Positions 39,657 through 54,227 of a DNA stretch of 64,000 nucleotides are shown here, in pieces. The DNA is from Longimicrobiales bacterium. GTDB lineage: Bacteria > Gemmatimonadota > Gemmatimonadetes > Longimicrobiales > Gaopeijiaceae. The stretch is from positions 1,344,001 to 1,408,000 of the forward strand of contig CAXXKM010000003.1 of assembly GCA_963664435.2 (NCBI GenBank), read 5' to 3'. The notes below the pieces were generated by a model. The model was not told the DNA's origin and ran no database searches. It saw only the letters and a program-made list of their open reading frames with translations. Position numbers and translations under genes: made by a program. Numbering within the stretch: position 1 is the first letter of the stretch; each line of letters begins with the position of its first letter.

Positions 39657-41864
39657 TCAGGCCTCGGTCCTTTCCGCCTCGCCCTTGCTCTCGCGCCGCT
39701 CGACCCTGAGCACGCCCTTCACCTGGTTCACGGCCTTCAGCACCTTTTCCAGGTGGGACCGGTCCTCCACCTCCACTACGAATTCGCCGGTCATGCCGGC
39801 CTTGTCCGACCGGACGTCCGCGTTCTGAATGTTGGTCCCGGTGTTGGTGATGGCTTTGGCGATATCCGACAGGAGCCCCCGGCGGTCGACGGCCCGGGCG
39901 TGAATCTTCACCATCCGGGTATCGCCCTTCTCCGCCGTCCACCGGATCTCGACCCTGCGTTCCGGGTCCTGGGACAGATAGAGCACGTTGGCGCAGTCCG
40001 TCCGGTGAATCGAGATGCCGCGGCCGACCGTGATGTAGCCGATGACGTTGTCGCCGGGTACGGGCTGGCAGCACTGGGAGTAGCGCACCATCAGGTTGTC
40101 CACGCCCTGGATGCGCACGCCCCTGCTGGACGGACGTATCCTGGCGGCGATGCGCCGCAGGGTGGAGGGGGGCTGGGGGCCGGGAGTTTCCCGGTCCGGG
40201 AAGAGCGCCTTGAGCACGGCCGCCGGCCCCACGTCCCCGCGCCCCAGCGCCGCCTGCAGCTGGTCGAAGTCGGGATAGCCCAGCTGTGCGGCCGCGTGAA
40301 CCCTCGCCTCGTCGCCCGGCTTTGGAAGGCGTCGCTTGCGCAGCTCCTGTTTCAGGAAATCCCCACCCAGCTGGAGCGCGGAGGCGAATTCCTCCTTGCG
40401 GATCCAGCGCCGGATCTGCCCGCGCGCCCGCGACGTCTTCACGAACGCGAGCCAGTCGCGGTTGGGCCGCTGCTTCTGGTTCTTGATGATCTCGACCGTG
40501 TCGCCGTTCTTCAGCTTGCGCGAGAGCGGGGCGATGCGTCCGTTCACCCGCGCGCCCGCGCAGTGCGATCCGATTTCGCTGTGGACGGAATACGCGAAGT
40601 CGATCGGGGTCGCCCCGACGGGAAGCTGCTTGACTTCGCCCCTGGGGGTGAAGACGAAGATCTCCCCCTGGAAGAGGTCCATGCGGAGGAACTCCATGAA
40701 TTCCTCCGGCTCGCTGGTATCCTTCTGCCATTCGAGCACCTGCCGGAACCAGGAGAGAGCTTCTCCGACCTCGTCCTTCCTGGCGTGCCCGCCTTCCTTG
40801 TAGCGCCAGTGCGCGGCGATCCCCTGCTCCGCCGTCAGATGCATCGCTTCGGTGCGGATCTGGATCTCGTAGCGGCGCCCGCGCGGACCGAACACGGTCG
40901 TGTGCAGGGACTGGTACATGTTGGACTTCGGCGTTGCGATATAGTCGCGGAAGCGCTCCTGCACCGGAGTCCAGCGGTTGTGGATGACCCCGAGCGCCGC
41001 ATAGCAGTGCTGCACCGAGTCCGTAATCACGCGCAGTGCGAGCAGATCCTGGATGTCCTCGAAGGGAAGGTCGTTGGCACGGATCTTCTTGTGGATGGAC
41101 CACAGGTGCTTCGGCCTGCCCGTCACGTCCACGAAGGGAATGCCGGCCTCGGTCAGCATGTCCACCACCGGACGCCTCATTTCCATGATCTGGCGCTCGC
41201 GCTCCCGCCGGCGCTGCTGAATCTTCTTCTTCAGCTGGTTGTAATCGTCGGGTTCGAGGAACTTGAAGGCCAGGTCCTCGAGTTCCCACTTGATGGCGGC
41301 CAGTCCAAGGCGATGGGCGATGGGGGCATAGATGTTGCGCGTCTCCAGCGCGATTCGCCGTTGCTTGGCAGGTCGCAGGTGCTCGAGCGTCCGCATGTTG
41401 TGGAGCCGGTCGGCGAGCTTGATGAGGATGACGCGGGCGTCCTGGACCATCGACACCAGCAGCTTGCGGTAGTTCTCGACCTGCCGTTCCGCATTCGACC
41501 GGAAGCGGACCCTCCCGATCTTCGTCACCCCGTCCACGATGCCGGCCACCTCGCCGCCGAACTGGGCTTCCACATCGGTCAGGTCGACGGCGGTGTCCTC
41601 CACCACATCGTGGATCAGGCCTGCGGTTATGGAGGCGGTATCCAGACGAAGCTCCGCCAGGATGGTGGCGACGCCGACTGCGTGGGTGACGTAGCTGGCG
41701 CCGGAGGCTCGTCGCTGGCCCGCGTGTGCCTCGGCCGCGAGCCGGTGCGCCCTCTCGATCCGGCCGACGTCCAGACGGTCGGCGTACGCCTCGATGGCCG
41801 GAGCAAGACCCGCGGGCAGTTTCTGCACCGCGTTCCTGGCAATCGTGGCAGTCGAAGTCGCCAT
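39657..41864 (-). CDS. spoT: Bifunctional (p)ppGpp synthase/hydrolase (long RSH)
   Basis: HD domain ([16 protein letters not shown]), synthetase (YQSLHT, EIQIRT), TGS, CCQP, ACT domain. Confidence 0.95.
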   Translation of the reverse strand: MATSTATIARNAVQKLPAGLAPAIEAYADRLDVGRIERAHRLAAEAHAGQRRASGASYVTHAVGVATILAELRLDTASITAGLIHDVVEDTAVDLTDVEAQFGGEVAGIVDGVTKIGRVRFRSNAERQVENYRKLLVSMVQDARVILIKLADRLHNMRTLEHLRPAKQRRIALETRNIYAPIAHRLGLAAIKWELEDLAFKFLEPDDYNQLKKKIQQRRRERERQIMEMRRPVVDMLTEAGIPFVDVTGRPKHLWSIHKKIRANDLPFEDIQDLLALRVITDSVQHCYAALGVIHNRWTPVQERFRDYIATPKSNMYQSLHTTVFGPRGRRYEIQIRTEAMHLTAEQGIAAHWRYKEGGHARKDEVGEALSWFRQVLEWQKDTSEPEEFMEFLRMDLFQGEIFVFTPRGEVKQLPVGATPIDFAYSVHSEIGSHCAGARVNGRIAPLSRKLKNGDTVEIIKNQKQRPNRDWLAFVKTSRARGQIRRWIRKEEFASALQLGGDFLKQELRKRRLPKPGDEARVHAAAQLGYPDFDQLQAALGRGDVGPAAVLKALFPDRETPGPQPPSTLRRIAARIRPSSRGVRIQGVDNLMVRYSQCCQPVPGDNVIGYITVGRGISIHRTDCANVLYLSQDPERRVEIRWTAEKGDTRMVKIHARAVDRRGLLSDIAKAITNTGTNIQNADVRSDKAGMTGEFVVEVEDRSHLEKVLKAVNQVKGVLRVERRESKGEAERTEA

Positions 41865-42014
41865 TGTGACCCTGCAAAACGGGAAAGCGGTGTACCGAAG
41901 GGTTCGAGCGATGCCCGACCAGTGAACATAATCGCCCGCCGGGGTATCCGCAGGGACCGGGCGTGCGCGCAGCCTGACGCAGCCGGCACCCCGGCTCGAG
42001 CTCGGGAAGGTTCG

Positions 42015-42686
42015 CTACATCAGGCCGTCCTGGGCCAGGGAACGGAATGCCTCGCCCGCGATGATCACATGGTCGAGCACGGGAATTCCGACTGTGCGGC
42101 CGGCCGCGGACAGCTGCCGGGTGACTTCGCGGTCTTCGGGCGAAGGCGACGGGTTTCCCGATGGATGGTTGTGCACCAGAATAACCGCTGCCGCGCTCTC
42201 CACGATCGCCTCCCGCAACACCTCGCGCGGATGGATGAGAGAGGCGTCCAGGATTCCGCGCGTGATCAGCACCTCGCGCAGCACGCCGTGCTGGCTGTTG
42301 AGCAGAAGGGCGTGAAACTCCTCGTGGCGCAGATCGCGCAACCGGGGAGCCATGCGCGCATAGATGTCGCCCGGCCCGCGAATCGGGTCGCGGGTGGCAA
42401 GACGCTCCCTGACGCCCCGCCGACCCAGTTCCAGCGCCGCCAGCACACGGGCGGCGGTCGCCCCCCCGACACCGGCGATGCCCTCCAGGAGCCCGGCGGG
42501 GGCCGATCCCATGCGCGCCAGCGATCCCCCGCAGCGCTGCAGCAGGGCGTCCGCGACATCCATTGCGCTCGCGCCCCGGCTTCCACTCCCCACCACGAGC
42601 GCGAGCAGCTCGCGGGTCGCCAGCCCGTGGACGCCCACCTCCCGAAGGCGTTCACGGGGACGGTCGCCGCGCGGCCATTCGCGCAT
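42015..42686 (-). CDS. radC: RadC/UPF0758 JAB-domain protein
   Basis: DRPRERL, HPREV, HNHPSG..SPED, LDHVII. Confidence 0.95.
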   Translation of the reverse strand: MREWPRGDRPRERLREVGVHGLATRELLALVVGSGSRGASAMDVADALLQRCGGSLARMGSAPAGLLEGIAGVGGATAARVLAALELGRRGVRERLATRDPIRGPGDIYARMAPRLRDLRHEEFHALLLNSQHGVLREVLITRGILDASLIHPREVLREAIVESAAAVILVHNHPSGNPSPSPEDREVTRQLSAAGRTVGIPVLDHVIIAGEAFRSLAQDGLM

Positions 42687-42700
42687 CGGGCGGGAGGTTG

Positions 42701-45993
<3,293 letters not shown>

Positions 45994-45997
<4 letters not shown>

Positions 45998-46695
45998 CGT
46001 TCCGTCCAGCGGGTCACGCGCGTCATGACATGGCGGCTACCGGCTCCGGCTGCGCTTCCCGAAGCCATCCCCCCGGCCGCCATGTACGTGCGTTCCGCCT
46101 GGCGGTACAGCCCCTCCCGCTCAACAATGGCGCGGACCGCGTCGGACACCAGGTACCGCAGCGGGCGTCCCTCGCTGAATCGGGCCCGAATCTCGCTCGA
46201 CGAGACGTCGATCCGGGTGACGGGCAACTGCTCGTGTTCCACCCCGGGAGACGCAACCCGTCCGAAGGAGCCGCCACCCGGCACCATGACCACGACCCGC
46301 GCCAGTCGCGCGATCTCGTCGGGCTCCCGCCAGCTGCGGAAGGCCGCCGCCTGATCGGGGCCGATCAGCAGGAACAGTCGGGTCGCGGGATCGGCCGCCA
46401 CAAGCTCCCGCAGCGTGTCGACCGTATAGGACATGCCCGTCCGCAGAACCTCCCGGTCGCTGACCCGAAAGCGTTCGTCGCCCGCCACCGCCGCCCTGGT
46501 CATTTCCAGGCGAAGCTCGGGTGAGGTCAGCCGCCACGAGCGCTTGTGCGGAGGACGCCCGCAGGGCATCCACACGACGCGCCGCACGGGGAGGGCGTCG
46601 AAGGCGTCCTGCGCTACCGTCAGGTGCCCGAGGTGCGGCGGGTCGAAGGTCCCCCCGAAGAGCGCGATGCCTCCGGAGGCGCGCTCATCCGACAT
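45994..46695 (-). CDS. nadD: Nicotinate-nucleotide adenylyltransferase
   Basis: [31 protein letters not shown]; start ATG 46695. Confidence 0.96.
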
Positions 46696-47437
46696 CGCGG
46701 ACCTCCTCCGCCTCAGGTGAGTCCGGATATCGGTCGAGCAGTCGCTGGCGCGCCTCGACCGCCTCTTCCTCGTATTCAAGGCGCTGGTAGGAGCGATAGA
46801 TGAAGAGCAGGGCTGCCGGCGCCGCGTTCGTATCGGGAAAGCTCTCGAGCGCCTGCTCGAAGTAGATGAGCCCGGAATCCAGCAGGCCCCGCCTGAAGTA
46901 GAACTCGCCCCGGCCGACGTCCCTCCATGCAAGTTTCTCCACCATGACGTCGCGGATCGAATCGGCTTCCGCGGCCTCCGGTGTCCCCGGGTAGTCGAGC
47001 GTCACCGCCTGACAGGACGACAGCGCCTGCACCGTATACTGCTGGTCCCGATCGAGGATCGGAGAAAGACGCGAGTGCGAGCGGCACAGCCCCAGCGCGG
47101 CGTCGCTCATGAGCTCGTGGGTCGGATACGTGCTCGAGAAGCGAACGAATTCGGAGTTGGCGGTGATGTAGTCTCCCTTGTTCAGATAGGCCTGCGCCAG
47201 CAGCATGCGGGCCTCCGCCATCTGATCGAAACCCGGTGCTCCCTGCACCAGCCTCTCAAGCGCCGTCACGGCTTCATCCCAATCCTCGCGATCGAACGCC
47301 TCCTGCGAATACTCGAGCAGCTGAGAGGCGGTCAATCCGAAATAGGGCGGAGTGGATGCGCACGCGACGCACAGGCACACGACCAGCGGGGCAAGCGCCC
47401 AAATCCACGTGCTTCTGCAGGCCCGACTCCTGCCCAT
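46685..47437 (-). CDS. bamD: Outer-membrane assembly lipoprotein BamD
   Basis: Lipobox CVAC, TPRs, RDQQYT, GEFYFRRG, YPDS. Confidence 0.88.
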   Translation of the reverse strand: MGRSRACRSTWIWALAPLVVCLCVACASTPPYFGLTASQLLEYSQEAFDREDWDEAVTALERLVQGAPGFDQMAEARMLLAQAYLNKGDYITANSEFVRFSSTYPTHELMSDAALGLCRSHSRLSPILDRDQQYTVQALSSCQAVTLDYPGTPEAAEADSIRDVMVEKLAWRDVGRGEFYFRRGLLDSGLIYFEQALESFPDTNAAPAALLFIYRSYQRLEYEEEAVEARQRLLDRYPDSPEAEEVRDVG

Positions 47438-47528
47438 CACCGACCCCCGTTTCTCCCGAATGGCACCACCTCCGATCCCCTCAATGAAGGATCGCGAAAG
47501 AAGGCGGGCGCGTCCATGAACCGATGCG

Positions 47529-48659
47529 TCATCCTGCCCGGAAAAAGTCCCGAATCGCGCGCGCAACCCGTGCTGCGCCGTCCGCCCCCAACTCCGGAAA
47601 CACGGGAAGGCTGAGCACTTCCCGGCACGCGGTTTCGGCTACCGGGAGATCTCCGGGGCGATATCCGAGTTCCGAAAAACAGGGCTGCAGGTGGAGCGGT
47701 CGCGGGTAGTACACTCCGGTCTCCAGTCCTCGCCGGCGCAGGTGGTCCCGGAGCCGGTCCCTCTCGCGCGCGCGAATCGTGTACTGATGGTAGGTGTGGA
47801 AGTTCCCGGAGAGCACCCGGGGGCGACGGACGCCTGGTACCCCGGCAAGCATCTCGTCGTATACCGCGGCGTTCGCCCTGCGGGACTCCGTCCATTGGGT
47901 CAGTCGGGGAAGCTTCGCGTGCAGTACCGCGGCCTGCAGGGAATCCAGGCGGCTGTTTACGCCGACCGCGTCGTAGCGCCCGCCGCTCACCCCTCCGTGC
48001 ACGCGCAGTCTGCGCAGCAGCCGCGCGAGCGCGTCGTCGTCGGTGACGATCAGCCCGCCGTCGCCGTATCCTCCCAGGTTCTTGGTGGGAAAGAAGCTGA
48101 CGGTTCCCGCCGTTCCCGAAGCCCCCGCGCACGCGATCGCTCCTCCGGGCGTCCGCTGCCGGGCGTCGAGCGCCTGGGCCGCGTCCTCGACCACGTGGGC
48201 GCCCCGTTCGCGCGCGAGCTCGAGCAATTCGGCCATGGGCGCCATCTGTCCGAACAGATGCACGGGCAGGACGACGCGGGTGCGATCGCTCCAGCACGCG
48301 CGCACCGTATTGGCGTTTACGTTGAACGTCTCCGGGTCCACGTCGCAGAAGACCGGACGCAGGCCGGCGTTCCACACCGCTCCCGCGGTCCCGAAAAAGG
48401 TGAATGCGGGCACGATCACTTCGTCCGGGCGACCTGGCCCGAGAGCGCGCAGCACGAGCCAGATGGCGTCGGTGCCGTTGGCGCATCCGACCGCGTGACG
48501 CACGCCGACGCGTTCCGCCACGGCTTCCTCGAACGCTCCGACCGGCGGTCCCAGCACGAACCTCTGGCTTTCGACCACGCCGGCCATGGCGCGGTCGATC
48601 TCCGCCCGCATGGTATCGTACTGCGCCGGCAGGTCGACCAGCGGAGTACGCGTCAGCAC
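47529..48659 (-). CDS. DegT/DnrJ/EryC1/StrS sugar aminotransferase
   Basis: NGTDA, PVHLFGQ, EDAAQA, SFFPTKNLGGYGDGG, NSRLDSLQAA; start uncertain (48659 or 48683). Confidence 0.95.
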   Translation of the reverse strand: MLTRTPLVDLPAQYDTMRAEIDRAMAGVVESQRFVLGPPVGAFEEAVAERVGVRHAVGCANGTDAIWLVLRALGPGRPDEVIVPAFTFFGTAGAVWNAGLRPVFCDVDPETFNVNANTVRACWSDRTRVVLPVHLFGQMAPMAELLELARERGAHVVEDAAQALDARQRTPGGAIACAGASGTAGTVSFFPTKNLGGYGDGGLIVTDDDALARLLRRLRVHGGVSGGRYDAVGVNSRLDSLQAAVLHAKLPRLTQWTESRRANAAVYDEMLAGVPGVRRPRVLSGNFHTYHQYTIRARERDRLRDHLRRRGLETGVYYPRPLHLQPCFSELGYRPGDLPVAETACREVLSLPVFPELGADGAARVARAIRDFFRAG

Positions 48660-49666
48660 GCCCACTCGAGGTCTTCCGGCCAACCCGGCGGGCCGCCGCC
48701 CGGGCTCTCCTCCCCCTCCATCACCCCGCGGCCCTCCTCATCGCCGAAGGACACCCCGAAGCGCAGTTGGTCGATCCAGTGCTCGGCTCGCCGGGCGAGT
48801 GCCCTGGACGCTGACGGATCCTCCCGCGCCGCTCCCCGGAAGGCATCCACGGCCTCGTCGCAGCGGGCGAAGGAGACCAGCAGTTCGCCCATCTCATAAT
48901 AGGCCCGGGCCAGGTGGGTCCGGGGTTCGCCGCGAGCCACGGTCTCCTGGATCAGGGTCAGGGCCCCTTCATGGTCGCCGTCATCACGGTATTCCTGCGC
49001 GAGATCGTAGGAGCACTTGCCGATGTGCCACCCGGCATCGCGCTGCTGCCGTGTCGGTACGGCCTCCGTGAACTGCCCGTAGAAGGCGAGAGCGGCCTCG
49101 CAGGCTCCCACTTCCTCGTAGGCGAGGGCGGCTTCATACAGCACCTCCGGCACCGAATCCCCCGAGAGCGCCCGCTGGAAGAAGACGAGCGCGCGCGCGT
49201 GCTCCCCGTTGGCCGCATAGTGAGAGGCCAGGGGGAAGGCCAGACGCGCGAAGTTGACGTCCGGATTGAGCTCCGCGGCAGCCTCCAGCGCGGATGCAAG
49301 GGCGAAGCGATCCGCCTGCTGCTGGGCGGTGCGCGCCAGGCGAACCAGGTCGGAAACCGCCTGGTCGGCCAGGTCGGGCTCGAGGTCGATGGCGCGTCGG
49401 TAGGCCTGCCTGGCCTCGTCCACTCGCCCCAGTCGGGCGTAGGCATGCGCCACCCGCAGATGCGCGTCTCCGGAGTTGGCTCCGCGCCGCGCGGCCAGCC
49501 GGTACTCGGCGAGCGCTTCCTCGTAGTCGCCGTGCGCCCAGGCCTGGTCGCCGCGCAGGGTTGCGCCGTCCTCCGCTGCGCCTGCCACGCAGCCGGATAC
49601 CGCAACTGCGATCAGGCAGCCCCGCAGGAGCCACCCGGCGACCTTCTCCCTCCCGTGCTCAGGCAT
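48653..49666 (-). CDS. TPR lipoprotein
   Basis: Lipobox VSGC followed by several TPRs. Confidence 0.8.
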   Translation of the reverse strand: MPEHGREKVAGWLLRGCLIAVAVSGCVAGAAEDGATLRGDQAWAHGDYEEALAEYRLAARRGANSGDAHLRVAHAYARLGRVDEARQAYRRAIDLEPDLADQAVSDLVRLARTAQQQADRFALASALEAAAELNPDVNFARLAFPLASHYAANGEHARALVFFQRALSGDSVPEVLYEAALAYEEVGACEAALAFYGQFTEAVPTRQQRDAGWHIGKCSYDLAQEYRDDGDHEGALTLIQETVARGEPRTHLARAYYEMGELLVSFARCDEAVDAFRGAAREDPSASRALARRAEHWIDQLRFGVSFGDEEGRGVMEGEESPGGGPPGWPEDLEWAC

Positions 49667-49733
49667 GCGTCCCCTACCGGGCTCGCGCCCCACAGGTTCC
49701 GGGACGCTGGCCGCGTCGCACCGGGCAAGGCGG

Positions 49734-51083
49734 TTACGCGAGGCCACCCTTCACGATCCACCCCACCCCGCGGCGGGAAGCCGCCCGCGCCTTCGTTCCC
49801 GCCGTGGCGTTGCGGGCGTCCACCAGCAACCGCGACTTCGCGACGATTCCGCGCATGTCGAAGCAGGAGTGGTCGGTAAGGATCAACACCACATCCGCCC
49901 GACCCAGCAGCGAAGGGGTCAGCGCGACCGATTCCCGCAGGCCGGTCCGCTCGTCGTTGAGGGACGGCACGTAGGGGTCGTGGTAGCGGACGCGGGCGCC
50001 CGCTTCCTCCAGCAGTTCGATGATGTAGAGCGCCGGAGATTCCCGTACGTCGTCGATGTCCTTCTTGTACGCGACTCCCAGAATCACCACGGTGGAATCC
50101 CTGACCGCCTTGCCCTCGGCGTTCAGCGCGTCGCGAACCTGGTCTACGACGAACCGGGGCATGCTCGCGTTGATCTCCGACGCCAGCTCGATGAAGCGGG
50201 TGCGGAAGTCGAGCGTGCGCATCTTCCAGGACAGATAGTGGGGATCGACGGGGATGCAGTGCCCCCCGAGGCCGGGACCCGGGACGAAGCGCATGAACCC
50301 GAATGGCTTGGTGGCGGCCGCCTCGACCACCTCCCAGATGTCCACGCCCAGCTGATCGGCGATGAGGGCGGTCTCGTTCACCAGCCCGATGTTCACGGCC
50401 CGGAAGGTGTTCTCCAGGATCTTGCTGAGTTCGGCCACCTCCGCGCTCGACACCGGCACCATGCGGTCGATGAAGCGGCTGTAGAACGCCTCACCGGCGG
50501 CCGTGCACCGGGACGTCACGCCCCCGATCACCCTGGGCGTGTTGCGCGTCGTCCAGACCTGGTTTCCCGGATCCACGCGCTCCGGCGAAAAACAGAGGAA
50601 GAAGTCCTCCCCCACAACCAGGCCGCTCTTCGCCAGTTCTCCGAGCACTACCTCCCGGGTCGTGCCGGGATAGGTGGTGGACTCCAGCACGACCAGTTGG
50701 CCGGGCCGCAATCCCGCGGCAACCGAGGATGCAGCCGCCAGGATGAAGGAGATGTCGGGATCACGGGTTTTCGACAGCGGGGTCGGGACGCTGATCGCGA
50801 TGACCTCGCAATCCGGAAGGCGGGACATGTCCGCGGTCGCCCGGAGCACGCCTCGCTCCGTGAGTGCGGCCAGGCGACTCGAGGGCAGGTCGCGGATATG
50901 GCTCTCGCCCGCGTTGACCCCGTCCACGACGCATTCGTCGATATCGAAACCGATGACGCGTATCCCGGCTTCGCCGACGATGGCGGCAAGGGGCAGTCCA
51001 ACGTAGCCGAGCCCGATCACCCCCATGGTGAGGCTGCCGGAACGGAAATGCTCCAGCACCGGGTCCCGCGTGTGGTCGTTCAT
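49734..51083 (-). CDS. UDP-N-acetylhexosamine 6-dehydrogenase (WbpA/WecC family)
   Basis: GLGYVG, ESTTYPGTT, SPERVDPG, KILEN, GPGLGGHCIPVDP, YKKDIDDVRESP. Confidence 0.95.
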   Translation of the reverse strand: MNDHTRDPVLEHFRSGSLTMGVIGLGYVGLPLAAIVGEAGIRVIGFDIDECVVDGVNAGESHIRDLPSSRLAALTERGVLRATADMSRLPDCEVIAISVPTPLSKTRDPDISFILAAASSVAAGLRPGQLVVLESTTYPGTTREVVLGELAKSGLVVGEDFFLCFSPERVDPGNQVWTTRNTPRVIGGVTSRCTAAGEAFYSRFIDRMVPVSSAEVAELSKILENTFRAVNIGLVNETALIADQLGVDIWEVVEAAATKPFGFMRFVPGPGLGGHCIPVDPHYLSWKMRTLDFRTRFIELASEINASMPRFVVDQVRDALNAEGKAVRDSTVVILGVAYKKDIDDVRESPALYIIELLEEAGARVRYHDPYVPSLNDERTGLRESVALTPSLLGRADVVLILTDHSCFDMRGIVAKSRLLVDARNATAGTKARAASRRGVGWIVKGGLA

Positions 51084-51141
51084 GCCCTGGGTCCGGAGTC
51101 CCGGACCGCCCCGGAAGGGCGCTCGGGGGACGGGAACCCGG

Positions 51142-51360
51142 TCAGGCTTCCCCGCTCGGCTGGAACCGCGGCGCCTTCCTGACCCTTCCAGCGGAAATGC
51201 AGCGGGTGCATACCCGGGCCTTCCGGCGCCGCCCGCCGTCGTCGAAGACGCGAACGGTCTGGATGTTCGGTAGCCACCGGCGCCGGCTCTTGTTGTGGGC
51301 GTGGCTCACGTTGTTGCCGGTCGCGGGCCCTTTGCCGCACAATTCACACACTTTCGCCAT
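51142..51360 (-). CDS. rpmB: 50S ribosomal protein L28 (zinc-ribbon type)
   Basis: [10 protein letters not shown]...[20 protein letters not shown]...VCTRCI. Confidence 0.96.
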   Translation of the reverse strand: MAKVCELCGKGPATGNNVSHAHNKSRRRWLPNIQTVRVFDDGGRRRKARVCTRCISAGRVRKAPRFQPSGEA

Positions 51361-51442
51361 CTGCTCGCCTGATCCGTTAACCGCCGTAGCGGAGCCTCTC
51401 CTGTGGTCGCGAAACCGCCACTGCGGCCGGCGCGACCAGGGG

Positions 51443-52027
51443 TTACTGGGATCCGCCTCCCGGCGGAGAAGCCTCCTCCGTCCCGGTCTCCTCGGCCTCG
51501 GAAGCGCTCGGTTCGAAATGGACCAATTCCAGGAACACATCCGCGAATTCGGCCTCAAGGCGGCCTGTCGGGGTGTTGTCGAACGCCCCCTGGCCCTCCC
51601 AGGCATCCAGCGTGCTGTCGCTCATGATGCGCAGCGTACCCACCACAAAGCTGGCGGTCTCACCGGAGGAAACTGTCACCGGCACGGAGTCTCCGGTCAA
51701 TTCCGGCCCCATCTTCATGAAGAAGTTGTCCTCGTTGGGTAGCTGGGTCCAGAAGGCCTGGTCGCCCACCCGGCTGACCACGGTGATGTCGGGGACCCGA
51801 AGCAGCGCTCCCTCGAACTGCCGCGCGTTCGCCTCCAGCGACGACGCCGCGATCGGGATCGCGTCGGCGAACGGATCCTCCTCCGGGGCGGTCACCACTG
51901 CGCTGGTCGTCCCGACCGCCGTAACGTTGAGCCAGTAGAGAAAGCCCGCGATGCCCAGGAAGGCCACGATCATGAGTGGAAGTGCCGCCTTTTCGGCCGC
52001 GCCCCGGCGTGATCCGAGATCGAGCAT
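51443..52027 (-). CDS. Hypothetical membrane-anchored protein
   Basis: One TM ([18 protein letters not shown]) then an acidic soluble domain; fills the rplQ-rpmB gap. Confidence 0.75.
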   Translation of the reverse strand: MLDLGSRRGAAEKAALPLMIVAFLGIAGFLYWLNVTAVGTTSAVVTAPEEDPFADAIPIAASSLEANARQFEGALLRVPDITVVSRVGDQAFWTQLPNEDNFFMKMGPELTGDSVPVTVSSGETASFVVGTLRIMSDSTLDAWEGQGAFDNTPTGRLEAEFADVFLELVHFEPSASEAEETGTEEASPPGGGSQ

Positions 52028-52052
52028 GGTCCGGTGCCCCCGCGTTTTGAAG

Positions 52053-52412
52053 TTAGTCTCGTTCCACGAGTTCGATGAGAGCCATCTCGGCCGCGTCGCC
52101 CCTCCGGTGGCGCAGCTTGAGGACGCGCGTGTACCCGCCGGGACGGCGGGCAAACCCCGGAGCGATCTCGTCGAACAACCTCCCCTGAACTTCTCGATCC
52201 GCGATCTTTCGCGCAACGAGCCTGCGGGCGTGGAGGTCGCCCCGCTTGGCCAGCGTAATCAGGCGCTCCGCGTAGGGGCGGAGTTCCTTCGCCTTCGCGG
52301 TCGTGGTCTCGATTCTGCCGTGCCGGAAGAGCGCGGTCGCCATGTTGCGTAGAACCGCCCGCCGATGGCTGGCGGTCCGAGAAAGGCTGCGTCCGGTTTT
52401 GCGATGGCGCAT
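52053..52412 (-). CDS. rplQ: 50S ribosomal protein L17
   Basis: [29 protein letters not shown]. Confidence 0.98.
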   Translation of the reverse strand: MRHRKTGRSLSRTASHRRAVLRNMATALFRHGRIETTTAKAKELRPYAERLITLAKRGDLHARRLVARKIADREVQGRLFDEIAPGFARRPGGYTRVLKLRHRRGDAAEMALIELVERD

Positions 52413-52450
52413 GAGTCGTCGAGGTTCAGTTGCCTGGCGGCGTATGAATT

Positions 52451-53500
52451 CTATTCACCGGACGGTTCCTCTGACCCGGAGGCGGTCTCTTCCTCGGCCA
52501 GGAACCACTCACCGTCCGGACCCGTCGTCAGCGGCATTCCGAGTTCGATGGAGTGTTCGCCCAGGAATGCGAGGAGTTCCTCCATCGACTTCTGTCCGAA
52601 GTTGTCGATGTTGAGGACCTGCTCCGCCGTGCGTCGCACGAGGTCGCCAAGGGTGCGGAGGTTTTCCTTCTGCAGCGAGTTGCGCGATCGCACGGAGATC
52701 TCGGTCACTTCCTCGATGGGACGCGCAAGCTGCATGCGGATGCGCGCGGGCAGCGGGACCGTCCCGGGCGCGGGTGGCTCGGGAGCCCCGTTGGCGCTGA
52801 AGCTCAGCATGTACTCGAGGTACCTGCGCACCAGCGCCGCGGCGTTGGCCATCGCCTGCTCGGGACGAACGGATCCGTCGGTTTCCACCCTGAACGAAAG
52901 CCGGTCGAAGTCCGTGCGCTCGCCGACCCGAGTCTCCTCGACCGTGAAGTTCGCGCGGCGCACCGGATTGTAGATCGCATCGATCGGCACCAGGTCGACG
53001 GGAGTTCCCTCCGGACGGGGGTGCTGGTCGGAGAGCACGAAGCCACGCCCCTTGTTGACGTAGAGCTCCATGCTCAGGCTGCGGTCCCCCTCGAGCGTGA
53101 GAATGTGCTGATCCGCGTCGAGCACCTCGACGGCTGCCGGCGCGTTGATGTCGGCCGCCGTAACCGGCCCCGAGGCGTCCACGTGGAGGGTGAGCTTGGC
53201 TTCGTCCACATCTTCGTCGAGGGTGAGCACGAGGGCCTTCAGGTTCTGAATGACCTGATGCACATCCTCGACCACGCCCTGGATGGTCTGGTGTTCGTGC
53301 ACGACGCCCTCTATGCGGAACGCCCATATGGCCGCGCCCCGCAACGACGACACCAGAGCGCGCCGGACGGAGTTCCCCAGCGTGTAGCCATAGCCGCGCT
53401 CCAGCGGCTGCATGACGAACTCCGCGGTCTTTCCGTCGTCGCTGAAGCCCGTCACTTCGACGTGCTCGGGAAGTACCAGCCCGGTCAGATCGATCTCCAC
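52451..53500 (-). CDS. rpoA: RNA polymerase alpha subunit
   Basis: [37 protein letters not shown]...NFGQKS. Confidence 0.98.
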   Translation of the reverse strand: MEIDLTGLVLPEHVEVTGFSDDGKTAEFVMQPLERGYGYTLGNSVRRALVSSLRGAAIWAFRIEGVVHEHQTIQGVVEDVHQVIQNLKALVLTLDEDVDEAKLTLHVDASGPVTAADINAPAAVEVLDADQHILTLEGDRSLSMELYVNKGRGFVLSDQHPRPEGTPVDLVPIDAIYNPVRRANFTVEETRVGERTDFDRLSFRVETDGSVRPEQAMANAAALVRRYLEYMLSFSANGAPEPPAPGTVPLPARIRMQLARPIEEVTEISVRSRNSLQKENLRTLGDLVRRTAEQVLNIDNFGQKSMEELLAFLGEHSIELGMPLTTGPDGEWFLAEEETASGSEEPSGE

Positions 53501-53579
53501 GCGCCCCTCCGTGGCATTTTCGACAGCATCCGTTGGATGAATGGGAAATCAAACCCCGGATTTCTTCCAGAAGTCCGAT

Positions 53580-54215
53580 TCACTTCGAGTACAGCTCCAC
53601 GATCAACTGCTCCTGGACGGCCATCGGCACGTCCTGGCGGGTTGGGAGCCGCAGCACTCGCCCGACCCGCGTCTTCTCGTCCACGGCCAGCCATTCGGCG
53701 GTGTCCGGACGGACGCGCGACTCGAGGCTGGCCTGAACCGGCAGCAGGTCCCGCGACCTTGCCTTGATGGCGACATCGTCGCCGCTGTCCACGGCATAGC
53801 TGGGTACGTCGACGATGCGCCCGTTGACTTCGACGTGGCGGTGACGGACCAGCTGACGCGCCTGACTGCGACTCGCGGCAAAGCCGAGTCGGAAGACGAC
53901 GTTGTCCAGGCGCCGCTCGAGGGCCACCAGCAGGTTCTCCCCGGTGACGCCCGACTGGTGTGCCGCCGTGTTGAACAGGTTGCGGAACTGCCGCTCCTGC
54001 AGCCCGTAGATTCGCTTGGTCTTCTGCTTTTCGCGCAACTGGACCGCGTAGTCGGAGCGCTTCCGGCGGCGGGCCTGCGCGGGACCATGCTGGCCGGGCG
54101 GGTACGCCCTGCGCTCGATCGGACATTTCTCCGTGTAGCACTTCAGGCCCTTCAGGAAGAGTTTCTGCCCTTCCCGACGGCAAAGCTTGCAAACAGGTCC
54201 GGTGTACCGCGCCAT
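53580..54215 (-). CDS. rpsD: 30S ribosomal protein S4 (zinc-binding type)
   Basis: MARYTGPVCKLCRREG..LFLKG..C....C, PGQHG, LERRLDNVVFR. Confidence 0.98.
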   Translation of the reverse strand: MARYTGPVCKLCRREGQKLFLKGLKCYTEKCPIERRAYPPGQHGPAQARRRKRSDYAVQLREKQKTKRIYGLQERQFRNLFNTAAHQSGVTGENLLVALERRLDNVVFRLGFAASRSQARQLVRHRHVEVNGRIVDVPSYAVDSGDDVAIKARSRDLLPVQASLESRVRPDTAEWLAVDEKTRVGRVLRLPTRQDVPMAVQEQLIVELYSK

Positions 54216-54227
54216 CCGTTTCCCTTC

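Noticed and set aside
42015..42686. radC as a mobile-element marker
   Set aside because: It is the long chromosomal form with the N-terminal HhH region, with no integrase or att sites nearby.
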